Positions 24,462 through 36,700 of a stretch of DNA of 64,000 nt are shown here, piece after piece. Source of the DNA: Haliotis rubra (Eukaryota); contig NW_025765636.1 of assembly GCF_003918875.1 (NCBI RefSeq), forward strand, positions 682,001 through 746,000, read 5' to 3'. A program made the position numbers and the translations under genes. The notes beneath the pieces are model-generated. The model saw only the letters and a list, made by a program, of their open reading frames with translations. It was not told the origin of the DNA and did no database searches. How positions within the stretch are numbered: the stretch's first letter is position 1; each line of letters begins with the position of its first letter.

Positions 24462-25079
24462 GCCCCCGTGTGGACCCGGGGTCGAATAGGTCCACAGCAC
24501 CCCATTGCTGGTTGTAAGAGGCGACCAAATTGGGCAACCCGTTTGCCGTGGGTTGCACCCCTGTGTCGGCAGAGGAAGGGAGTCTGGTGGTTGAGGATGA
24601 CGGAACCGGCAATAGTGTTCAATAATCCAACACACCACTTTGACCCTAACTTTGCCTAGACGGGTGGTAGAATAGGCCCGATTCTACCAATCGGCTGGTC
24701 ACGCCTTGCCCTGTGCATGGAATGTCTATACAAAACGTGGTATTACATAACACTTTTGACCATGTTCAAAATGTTAACAAATATTCCACCAAAACAAACT
24801 AGCCTCGCAGACCCATGCACAGAAGGCGGTGGCTCATGGGCCAATCTGGTGATGCTGACCTCCGATTTCTGTACGTCTCCAATTGATTGTCATGGACAGA
24901 ACCATCCTGACCTTTAATCTGGTAGGCAGCTACAGCATTTCATGTCAAATTCGCTGGAGTATAACACCCCCCTTATCCCTGGTCTTTGCAGCTTGGAGAC
25001 CCGCTGCAGTATAAGATCGTCCTTGTTGACACTCCACGGTGGGTGGGGAGAGGGGATGCTGAACCACATTACTAACGAC

Positions 25080-26340
25080 ATGGCTTCTCAATACCCCGGT
25101 TCAAAACGAAGACATATGGATGATGACAACTCCTCGTCTGACGAGAGTACGCCCCTCCGACCTGACTACTGGCCACGTTTCCTGATCATTGAGGCTTGTG
25201 ACAAGCAACCTTTGCAATTGAATCCTTTTGCAATCTCCAAAGGTATCGCTGGTATCTGCGGAGAGGTTGCCAATGTTACAAAGCTTAGATCTGGCTCTCT
25301 CCTGATAGAATGTACCCGGAAACACCAATCCTTGAATCTCCTCAAAATAAAAGAATTTGTCAATATCAAGGTCGCTGTCTCAGCACACAAAACCCTTAAC
25401 TCGTGTAGAGGCATTGTACGGGACAGAGCTCGATGCCTGTCTGACATGACTGAAGAACAAATTGTCAAGGAACTCTCTCAGCAATCCGTCACAGCCGTCA
25501 AACGATTCACCTTCAAAAAAGGATGGTGTTGTTCAACCAACGAACACCTATCTCTTCACATTCGCGCGAGCAAACATCCCTGACTCGATTAAAGCTGGTT
25601 ATTGTAGCATTGGTGTGGAGGTGTATGTCCCCAATCCACTCCGGTGCTACAACTGCCAAAAGTTTGGACATGGATCCAAGTCCTGTCGTTCCTCTGCTGT
25701 TTGTTATCGCTGTGGTGACAAGCATGAGGGCAACGACTGTACTAAGGAAGTGAAGTGCACAAACTGCGGTGGTAACCATATGGCCTCCTCCAAGTTCTGT
25801 CCAGTGTGGAAACGCGAATCCGAGATACTAAAGATCAAGCACAAAGAAAATATCTCCTTTCACGAAGCAAAGAAGAGGGTTGCAAGTTTAACTGCAGCCC
25901 CTTCAACCATCACCTACTCTTCTGCTGTCTCCCGTCCTACTATCACTACTGCAACCATCTCATGTCAGACCGACCTGACATGGATCATGTCTTCTCAACC
26001 AACTGAACTCAACACAACTGAGCCCATCTCAGCAACTCCACCTCCAACGCCCAAAGTCAAAACCTCTGAATCACAAACACCAGAGCAAATGCCAAAACCA
26101 GAGACAGAAACTGCGCGCAGAAAAAGGGGAAAAAAAGAGGCTAGAGAGACTAAAGCAACTCGAACAACCGCCAAACACAAAACCAAAGGCCACCTCTCCC
26201 TCAGAGGCCCCCATCGAGGTCCATAACTCCTTTGGCCCTCTGGATATGGAGGTAACTCCATCTCCACCAGACACCAATAGGAGTTCATCAAACGCTTTCT
26301 CACGTTCACGTGACATGTCACCAGTGGAAGCACCATGAAT
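25080..26340 (+). CDS. LINE ORF1 (nucleic-acid chaperone, three CCHC knuckles), split by frameshifts
   Basis: ORFs 24942..25583 and 25462..26226; motifs KLRSGSLLIE, PNPLRCYNCQKFGH, CYRCGDKH, CTNCGGNH. Probable start MASQYP at 25080; shift at the A-run near 25515; 3' end approximate. Confidence 0.85.
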
Positions 26341-29300
26341 CCACAAAACATGATCCAATGGAATTGCAGAGGACTTAAGAATAATTATAATGAATTACAG
26401 TTATTGATTCAAGACTTCAAACCATCTGCGTTTTGTCTCCAAGAAACCTACCTAAAAAGGACCGATAAATTTGACATCCGTCGGTACAGTTCCTACCACT
26501 CCTTTTCTCCTCCCGGTGTAAAAGCTACAGGAGGCACTTCTATCCTGGTGAGGCAGGGCATCCTCCATAGCCCTGTTCCACTTAACACCAACCTACAAAC
26601 TGTTGCTGTCCGCATAACTCTGAACATAGGGTTTACACTATGTTCCCTCTATCTCCCTCCCACCTCAACTGTCCGCCTATCAGATCTTCAGAACTTATAC
26701 GATCAACTCCCAAAGCCCTGCATAATCATGGGCGACTTCAACGGCCATAACCCCCTATGGGGGGAGTAATGATACAAATAGTAAGGGAAAGATCCTTGAA
26801 GAGTTTCTCTCCAATAATGATGTATGCATCTTCAACGATGGATCAAACACCTACCTCCATCCTGCCACTGGATCATACTCTGCTCTCGATCTATCACTTA
26901 CAGATTCTAATCTTTTAAATGAGTTTGAATGGTCGGTCCATGACGACCTTTGTGGAAGCGACCACTTCCCAACAATTCTTACTCCTATCAACCCCACGGA
27001 TGAACCACCATCAACAAGATGGAATTTTACTAAGGCCAATTGGCCTTTATTCCAAACCCTATGTTCAGAAAACTTAAGCCGGACAACTTCAGGAATGTTC
27101 CTGACCCCATGGAACTATTTTCAGACGTCCTAAATGCCATCGGAGACAAAACTATTCCTAAGTCCTCTGCAAACCCGCACATACGCAAACCATGGTTTGA
27201 TACAAACTGCAAACAAGCTAGGAAAAATAGAAAGAAGGCGGAAAAATATTTCCGACAACATCCTACAGTGCATAACCTGAATGCTGTTAAAATGACAAAT
27301 GCCAGGGCAAAACGTACCTTCAAACAAACTAAACGCCGCTCATGGAGGAAATATGTGTCCAAAATCAACTCCCGCACACCCATGTCCAAGGTGTGGAACA
27401 TGATTCAAAAGATCAAGGGCAAAGGGTCAAAATCAGGAGTTCACCACCTGAAAGATGGTGACTCCCTTCTAACAAATAAATCTGAAATTGCAAATAAACT
27501 TGGCGAAACTTTGGCAAACCACTCCTCCTCATCAAATTATAACCCTCTGTTCCAGAAATATCAAACCCAACAAGAAAAGAAACCAGTCAATTTTAACTCT
27601 GATAATGGGGAGGATTACAACGAAACGTTTTCCCTCCATGAATTACGTACTGCCCTAGGACAGGCTCACGACACTGCGGCAGGAGCTGATGAAATCCATT
27701 ATCAGCTTCTGAAACACCTCCCTGACATAGGCTTGGAAACACTCCTAAATATATTTGATGACATCTGGACATCCGGACACTTCCCCCCTTCGTGGCACAA
27801 TGCCATCATCATCCCTATACCAAAACCCGGTCGCGACCATACTGATCCCTCAAACTACCGTCCTATATCACTAACTAGCTGCGTTTGCAAAACCATGGAG
27901 CGCATGGTCAACAATCGATTAATCTGGTACTTGGAGACCAATAACCTCCTCAGTGACCTCCAATGTGGTTTCCGAAAAAACCGAAGTACCATTGACCATC
28001 TGGTGCGTCTGGAATCATTCATCAAAAACTCCATTGTCAACAAACAACATGCAGTATCTATCTTTTTCGACTTAGAAAAAGCATATGATACAACATGGAA
28101 ACATGGTATCCTAAAAGATTTACACGAGTTTGGATTGAGGGGTAGACTACCGCAATTCATATCTCGGTTTCTAAATAACAGACAATTCCAAGTTCGGGTG
28201 GGTTCCACACTGTCTGACTACTTCCACCAAGATCAGGGCGTCCCCCCAAGGCAGCATCCTGTCTGTCACACTTTTTAGCATCAAAATTAACAGCCTCACT
28301 AACGTTCTGAACAGTTGCGTTGATGGGTCGCTTTTCGTCGATGACTTCAATATTTCATGTCGTGGTAAGAACATGCACGCAATAGAAAGGCAGCTACAAC
28401 TCTGCCTTAACAAAATCCAAAAATGGGCCAATGAAAATGGTTTTAGGTTTTCAAAATCCAAAACAAATTGTATTCACTTTTGTCGTAAATACAAACCACA
28501 CAAGGATCCAGACCTAACTTTAGATGGTACTCCCATCAAAGTAGTAGAAGAGGCCAAATTCCTTGGACTCATATTCGACCGCCACCTGACATTCTTACCA
28601 CACATAAAATATTTGAAAACAAAGTGCTTGAAGGCTTTAGACCTGCTAAAAGTAGTTTCAAATACAGAGTGGGGAGGGGATCAGACCACCCTCCTTCACT
28701 TGTACAGATCATTAGTCCGCAGTAAACTAGATTATGGCTCCATTGTCTACGGTGGAGCCTGCAAAAGCAATTTAGAAAAATTAGACTCTATCCACCATCA
28801 AGGACTGAGGCTCTGCCTGGGAGCTTTTAGGACCTCTCCGGTAGACAGTCTATATGCAGAGGCCAATGAACCTTCCCTTGAACAACGCCGCATTAAACTC
28901 TCACTGCAGTATATCGCTAAATTACGTTCAAATGAGCCCAATCCAGCATACAATTGTGTTTTCAACCCGCTCTATGAAAACTTATTTCCTAAACTGCCAA
29001 GCCTGGTTCCACCACTTGGAATCAGGATCAAACCACACATATCTGCAGCTAAAATTGATCTCGACATCATTGCACCATACCGACTTCTGTCCTCACCACC
29101 ATGGCAAATGGTGAAACCACAGGTCGATCTTACCCTCACCAAACTCAAAAAGTCTGAAACAAATCCCTTGGTGTTCCAACAGGAATACAACCAGTTACGT
29201 TCTAAGTATAACACTCACAGATCCATTTTCACAGACGGATCCAAGGACGATGGCCAAGTTGCCAGCGCTACAGTCATTGGAGCCAAGACTGTCTCCTCTA

Positions 29301-30029
29301 GGATCCCCGACAACAGTTCCATTTTCACCGCTGAAGCCAAAGCTATCTTCTCAGCTTTGACCTACATTCAACAGCAAAATCAGTCCAAAAACTTCATCAT
29401 ATTTACAGATTCATTATCCTGCCTTCAAGCACTTCTAAACGTGACTTCAAGTCACCCAATCATCCTGGACATATTAGAACTGTACAACGACCTTTCTACT
29501 AGCCAATATGACATCATCCTCTGCTGGTTGCCGGGTCACGTCGGCATAGCAGGTAACACTAAGGCCGATGCTGCAGCAAAAGCAGCTCTCGAAAAGCCCC
29601 TATCTCCACTGCTAATCCCGTACAGTGACTTCAAACCCACTATCAAAAGCTATACTCGGGACCTGATGCAAAAAAGGTGGGACACTCAAGTAGGAAGAAA
29701 CAAACTCCATGAATTGAAGCCAACAATCGGTTATACCTACTTGGGTTGTCAGTCAAGACGCGATGAGGTAATTTTACGACGATGTCGTATTGGCCACAGT
29801 CGATTTACACATGACTATCTGCTGAAAACGGATGGGGATGGACCCCCCCATGTGTGTCTCTTGCGATGAGGTGTTCACCGTCAAGCATATTCTGCTTGAA
29901 TGCGTGGACTTATCGCCTGCAAGGGACTCACATTATGATGCAACAAACCTAAAAGATCTGTTCTCACGCGTGAGCGCCCATCTGATACTGAACTACCTGA
30001 GGGAAGTTGATCTGTATCATAAACTGTAA
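26335..30029 (+). CDS. LINE ORF2: AP endonuclease, reverse transcriptase, RNase H, C-terminal CCHC (four frameshifts)
   Basis: IQWNCRG, LQET, GDFNGH, SDHFP (APE); YRPISLTSC, QCGFR, FDLEKAYD, GVPQGS, FVDD (RT); IFTDGS, WLPGHVGI (RNase H); CVSC..KHILLEC. Confidence 0.92.
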
Positions 30030-30841
30030 CTGTGAAATGTAACAACCATAAATTGTAACTATGAAATGTAACAAACCGCCTGCCTATAAATTTGATGCTA
30101 TGATTTTTTCTGCTTTCGAATGACAATGCAATAAATAAATGTCTTTGAAATAAAACTCATTCCGAGTATGTACTTACAATATTTACTAATGCAAACTTGT
30201 TCTCGTCACTATATGGCTGGAAAAATGCCGATGTGACGTAAAGCTCAACTCAACTCAACTCAACTAGATAAGCGGACAGTAACCCAGTGTACTATTTATT
30301 ATTTTTTAGAAATTATCATTTAAACTATTAATTTATAAGAGACTTGTGCAAGTCTACGTATTGTAGAACGTGTTATCCTGCTAACGAAGTCTGAAAAACA
30401 TACAACCAGCATTGACATTTTCCTCATGGAAATGAATTTAATAATCTTTTGTGAAAGTATTTCAAGCATCCCCAACAAGTGAGGGGTTAATTGGATTTAG
30501 CCCCCGATAGTCTCAACAGCCATGAACAGGGAACAGTCCTTGGGTGTAGGTTAGAGTCACGTCAAGACGAGCTTGTTCTAACAGAGCGCGATGTTATCCA
30601 GAAAACTGTAGAATTTTATATAGTAACAGACCCTGAAACAAATTATCCAAGAATTCCCATGCAAGTCTAGAATATGTAGCAACTCCAGATTTCCACAGTT
30701 TCTGAAAATGAAGAAAGTCTCTGGGCTCCGTTTCATTATATTTTATGATAATTTAACAGTTTTTTTTCTGTAAATATCTTCATTTCAGAGACTAGATGTT
30801 AGTCTCAATTTTATACATACGTCAGAATAAACCTTTTTAGG

Positions 30842-30918
30842 ATTTAAGATACGTAATCAATAAAAGCTAAAATAAGTATAATACTTATTTTAGCTTTTAT
30901 TGATTACGTATCTTAAAT
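30842..30918. repeat. Perfect AT-rich palindrome, 38-bp arms and 1-nt spacer
   Basis: ATTTAAGATACGTAATCAATAAAAGCTAAAATAAGTAT-A-reverse complement. Confidence 0.9.
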
Positions 30919-32603
30919 AGATGACAGATTCCCAAAATTAGTGCTTATGTATGCTGAGATCGGCGAAATAAAATACTAGTGAAATAATGTACAATGATGA
31001 CATCATAAAACCCAGGAGTGAAGACGTGATTATGTATACATGTTGCACGATTAATATGCAAAAGTCTTCGTGAAACACAATTGTGAATTAATTGAGTTAT
31101 TCACTGGGCAACTGAAGGAATATGATCCGCTCGGGGCTGTCCGACATGAACCTTTCTTTTATTATCTGTTGAGAATCATGACAAAGTGACTTCTTTCATT
31201 GCACGATTACCACGCTCTAATACATTCTGTTTGTAATTACATTTAGTTAATTGTGTAATTGTGACAAAGTCTACCATGGAGAGTCATTGTAAAGAACATA
31301 TGATTAAATCATCCGATTATTCCGGATGATTGGTCCAAACACTTGTTAAGCACGCACTAATGATTCTCCCGATAAAGTCCTTAATTGGATGAGTACACAA
31401 TGGTATTCTTGTTATAGTAATGCTTAAGACGTAATTTCACTCATGCAGTGACTTTACAAATTGTATGAATACAAGGCTAAACGGAAACGCCCCTTGTGTC
31501 ATTTTGTGTCAATAATTTGCCCACATGTTTGTCCACATGCCTCCACCCCTAAACACTGGGGAAGCCCAATGAAATTATTTTGGTAAGATTAGTCAATAGT
31601 TCCTTGACAAATTCCAAGAAGACATTACATAATACATATGGTACTTCCTGCCTGGTGATCTCACTCCAATATTTAGCAAATCATCACGCCAATTAAATCG
31701 AACTGGTCTGCATCCTGCATATGAGAAATCATGTAAACGGTATTGTAGCCATGACACTGTGTCCTGACAATAATGGTTTGGGTCCCGATACACAAAGCGT
31801 TCGTAACGTTACGACCTGTCGTAACTACATAGTATATCATAGTCTTATATCAGCGGTTGATGTTATGTGCAACACATAAGTGACATAGATGGAAAATGTG
31901 CAACGACAGTGACCTTGAAGACGTATCTGACGTAAGGCGTCTACGTATGAAGTGCTGGGGGTCATGTAGGCAGGTCATCAAGGCCATAGGCTGGTCATCA
32001 TAGATGACTGATTAATTGTGACACGTCCCCATATGCACTTGTGTCATAGTTCATACAGATAATTCTGATCTACGTGTATTGCACACATCTGACTGTTTGC
32101 CAAGCTGTAAAAACGCTTTTGGGCGAACTATCGTTACCCCTCCATGAGAATGATCCTGGCTACATTTGATGACAATGCACTGAACCTGATCAAGCGTACG
32201 CGCGAACAGTATTTCGGTCATATCATGGAGTTTTATCAGGCTGGGCAACAACAAATGCCATCTTTAATCACTTCCTGGTGTGACGTCATGGTCGGTGGTC
32301 TCACCAGCTACCGCTAACCTTCCGCTCTCCAGCCACGAGACCAGGCAAGCTGATTCATCAATGGTAGTTTATATTTGAATGATTATCATATGATCAAGAA
32401 TAGCAAGACACTGTTACACATGCATATTACTCATACGTGCTACTTGTTGTGACGCACGTAAGTATCAAGGAAGTGCCATGAAGAGTTGGCTGATATACCT
32501 GGATGCTACATATACCTGTACATATTAAATATAATGTATGTTTCTATGTCTCTAGGTCATTTGATTGGCTAACCAAGCAAACGTTTGTTATGTTTCCATA
32601 AAC

Positions 32604-32621
32604 TCTCTGTCTCTCTCTCTC

Positions 32622-32659
<38 letters not shown>
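32604..32659. repeat. (CT)n(GT)n microsatellite
   Basis: Direct reading. Confidence 0.9.
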
Positions 32660-32661
<2 letters not shown>

Positions 32662-33670
32662 CTGACATTTTTAAAAATTATGGAGTTATGAACATAAATA
32701 ACACTCACGCCGAAATATGAAGAGTCATATAATCCCATTGTAAAACTTCGTGTATGTTAGTTCAGAATCTGAATATACATTTATGAATTGTGACCGTGCG
32801 AAAGCCTTAAGAATGTAGGAAGCAATCAATTTAATGAAACTTGCAAGTCACTTCCGCCTCTTACATGACAGCAAGCAGTTATGAAGTGACGTAACTGAAC
32901 ACGGCAACAAGAAATGCCAAACAGTGTGTATAACGGATGTTTCTTTCACAATTCCGAGTGTATTAGTTTATGGAGTGTAACTCTTGTAAATTGGTTGGCG
33001 ATAAGTACCACCCTTATGACAATTGCTTGTGTATCAGGAAGGGTGATCTTTTCTTTATTACACAATGTGATATACTCTATATCACATCACTTCTCCAAAC
33101 TAAACGTTGTCGGTACACGGAATCTGGGTGTGGTTGAAGGGATGTGGGCTTGTGTATCTCAAATTGGAAAGTCATAGTAACAGTCTGTGGGAATAACTGA
33201 AATATATGTTTAAATTTGAAATTCATTATCACCGAGAAGAAAATCGACCAGCAGAAATACAATTTTAGGGTAAACGTCGTTATTGTATATTGTAGATCTC
33301 GGAAGACACTTTGTAATTTTCTCATTTTATGCCTGAATAGTTTCAGGTTGAAGGATCACTTATAAATTTACGTATTTCTTTATATTTCTCTTCTCTTCAT
33401 CATTAAAATTCAGTGCTTCATTTATCAGGAGATTCGTTTAATTATTCGTCATGCGAAGTTGGCAAGATATTGTGTTCTTATATGTTAATGATCATTTCAG
33501 TTATATTGTTACCCCGATACATCGGTGTATCACATCATATGTTTTATGTGACCACAATATATCCCCACTGAATATAGCGACTTAGTGTCAGGTGCAGACA
33601 TTGTGGACATTCAATTCCCATTCCTGCTGCGTTCTCCTTTCAAGTATTACGGTACACTCCCTACACCTTT

Positions 33671-33853
33671 AAAGACTAACGTTTAGTCTCTGAATATATA
33701 TGGCTTTGATGATACCAACAATTCCCATTAAACTGAAAAATTCAGATCTTGAACCTGATGAAACATAGACTTGATTCATTTCGGGCTTAAGCATTGCAGA
33801 AAGGGTTTGGCAGAAGGGAAAATAATGCGGTTCAGGGACTCTGAGACAGTCTA
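33671..33853. mobile_element. AcademH-like family copy
   Basis: Homologous to 35435-35632. Confidence 0.7.
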
Positions 33854-34472
33854 GGAAGTTTACTGTATCCCGACACATGGTTTAAATTTTGTTTCCAACC
33901 TTCAGGTAGCATCAATAATTCTTTTTATAGCTTGATACTGAAACCATGAATATATACAGTGTGATTTAAACATTATAATTATGCAATGATCGATAAATCT
34001 TTTTTTTTTAAATCAATATGTCGTCGATATTTAAGTGTCGAAAGCATTAAGATATCCTAAAATCGAACATGGATATCTTGATGTCATGATGAAATTTAGA
34101 TATCAATAAAATAACATGATATAAAAGTGAACAGAATTTACACAAATTAGTATGAAGGCTTCTCCTGTGCGCATAGGGGAGGTGGGGTAGCCTAGTGGTT
34201 AAAACTCATGTGCGCATAACTCGATTGTTTAATTGAAAGAACTTCACGAACGATCAAAGGATCGTTTTGTAAGATTCTGAGTAGCCTGGTACAATACGAA
34301 GAGCCTGTTTCCTTCCTCGCATGAGTGACGCTACTTCAACTTCGGGTGAATGCTTGCACAGTTAGGTGCAATGATAAACAGCACCATGTGTTGCTCTTGC
34401 TGATTGACCTACTGGAGCCGACGCTATGTAAAGGCATTTAGGTCATCATCAAACGATAGGAAGCTTACACAA

Positions 34473-34602
34473 CATGGGCGGATCCAGGAATTTTGAAAGG
34501 GGGGTGGGGGTGTGTGTGTTCAGGGGGTTAAAACCGCCAAGGCAAATTTTTTTTTTCAATGTGGTCTTAAGTCAGTGGCGATCCCCCTTGGATCCGCCAC
34601 TG
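34473..34602. mobile_element. Short MITE (GGCGGATCCA TIR type)
   Basis: CATGGGCGGATCCAGG...CTTGGATCCGCCACTG. Confidence 0.6.
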
Positions 34603-34749
34603 CACAATTTTAACGTAAACAAAACCTGAAAGAAATTATTCAAAGATTGAGGGTGCGCACCTGTCAGAGAATTTCCTTACATAAATATAACTGATTTTTG
34701 ACATTTGTTATTCTGCTAAAGGTGATTACTGTTGTTGTTGTTTTGTATT

Positions 34750-34957
34750 TGTTTAGTTGTTTATTTAAAGCCGCATTCAAAACAAACATTCATCTATGGA
34801 GGGTGATGTGTAAACATTCAAGTCTGGATCAGACAATCCTGTGATTGACATCATGAAAGGGAATCAGGCAATGGGATGTATCCCCGAAGTCAGCGACCAC
34901 GTTGGCACGTTTAACTCAAAAGTATAGGAGACTAATTCTAACCCGGATCTTATCGGG
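34750..34957 (-). mobile_element. SINE family A, degenerate
   Basis: Partial homology; approximate ends. Confidence 0.7.
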
Positions 34958-35434
34958 AATCGTTTGGTTCATATCCTCACGTAACACATTTCAAGTGATA
35001 TCAACAAAATAAACGGCTTCCCCCGTATCCGTAATTCGTGACACGCATCCGTGGTTACGGTTGCACTCGTCTCCCACGCGCATCATCAGAGGTGCAAAAT
35101 GATGTCATTCATTAATTTGTTTATAATGACCAGCAATATTATTTTTATTTGGCTCTGTGTAAATGGTCCGGATCTCTGGCCCATGAAGATCCGCATCACA
35201 GTCAAGATGAGTATTAGTTGGATCGATAAAAAAATACCAGCGCCGTGAGCATGCACTAGTTGCGAGGATATGTGCGCTATATAAATATCCTATAATAGAA
35301 TAATAACACGGCGAACTGGGAGATGCAAACCACCGCATCACCCTAACTGAGCAGATAATTGCTCATGATGCCATTCACTGGCCCAGGCTTCATGATTCAA
35401 AAATTGCCGACACATGGCAATGTGAGGCTAGGAT

Positions 35435-35632
35435 TAGACTAAGGCTTAGTCTCTGAATATATATAATTTTGATAGTAACAAACAAGCCCATTTATATTGA
35501 AAAGGAGCCCTAGGGAGACCAGAGATTCAGAACCTGAGGAAATCTAGACTTGCTTTATTTAGGGCTTTAGCACTGCAGACAGGGCTTGGCAGTAGGGAAA
35601 TTAATGTGGTTCAGGGACTGTGAGACAGACTA
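35435..35632. mobile_element. AcademH-like non-autonomous element (~200 bp)
   Basis: TAG...CTA termini; 9-bp TSD GGCTAGGAT. Confidence 0.8.
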
Positions 35633-36580
35633 GGCTAGGATCATCAGTGAGAGTTACAAATACATACATCACAGCATTTCAGTGAACACTAAAACAAACT
35701 GAAACACACGTGCTAGAATTATCAAAATGTTCAAACCCAGGCCCCCCATAACCTCAACATCAATCTGTTAAGACCTTCAGTAGTGCTCTGGTCTGCTTCG
35801 TCGGCGAAACCAAATATCTAACCCCGCTCCGGAATCTCAATAAAACGTTATCTGTGTCAGTAGGGTGCGAGTCGGTAACATATTCCGCCTCCAGCCATCG
35901 CTTTGAAACCATCGGATGAACGGCAGATAATCACCTTATATTTGTTCTCGCCAGAGGACATGCCTCTGGCATGAGCTCGAGAAACAATCCGGTCAGCATA
36001 TCCCAATCCTGAATAATGGATACGGGTTTTTAAGAAAAGAATTATACGGAGGGGTCGTTGTTATAAAGCTGGGCACAATTCTTTATTTACAATCTCAACA
36101 CCCGCCACCCTCCTTGACGTGTCAGTAGTCAGTACACCACCTTTTTGTGTCTACTTTCTTTCCTTCTAACATCTTCTCGTCTTTGTTCTATCTTACTTTG
36201 ACCTAACCCCAACAGAACCCTAAGAATGCATTTGATGATCAGACTACAGCTACTGCCTTGACCCCTGGCTTCTGGTATTTAAGTACCCGGCTGTCATGTT
36301 TCAAAGGTGTATATTTTCGCTATTACAAGCGTGACACTCAGTACACATTCTTGTACACAATACACAGTTAATGTGCCGATTAGTCATGTCATATTACTAG
36401 CTTAAATGCTTAAACACCTTTATAATATTGTTAAAAAATATATATATACATATATAAAAATTACTTGATATACATTCATTCTCCTATAAAATTTCAAAAG
36501 TTCAAAATTCAAGTAAACGTTGCACTTTGTTCATCAACCCGCCTCTACAAATAGTAAAACATGTTTCATTCATGACTTAC

Positions 36581-36700
36581 CGGTTTGGGATAGAGATACG
36601 ACGGTAGCAGTTGCTGAGTGTCGAAAAATATCGTAGACACTGCCTCAAACACGTAGAACGCAATAAAGAGGGTGTCAAGAGAGCGTCTTAGACCCGCCAT
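36581..36700 (-). CDS. TMEM97: TMEM97/sigma-2 receptor-like gene, coding exon 1 (MAGLRRSLDTLFIAFYVFEAVSTIFFDTQQLLPSYLYPKP)
   Basis: Manual minus-strand translation: ATG at 36700, 40 codons, then donor CCG|gtaagt (phase 0). Aligns by recall to the human TMEM97 N-terminus (..ITLFMDLQAVLPRELYPVE), including the Asp29 equivalent. Confidence 0.88.

Larger units (their letters stand above)
24403..30265 (+). mobile_element. Full-length I-group (I/Nimb-like) non-LTR retrotransposon, antisense within the TMEM97-like intron
   Basis: ORF1 with three zinc knuckles; ORF2 APE-RT-RNase H-CCHC; 3' stem-loop and (CAACT)n tail. Joining the flanks rebuilds a repeat that is uninterrupted at about 41810-41981. 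Confidence 0.93.
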
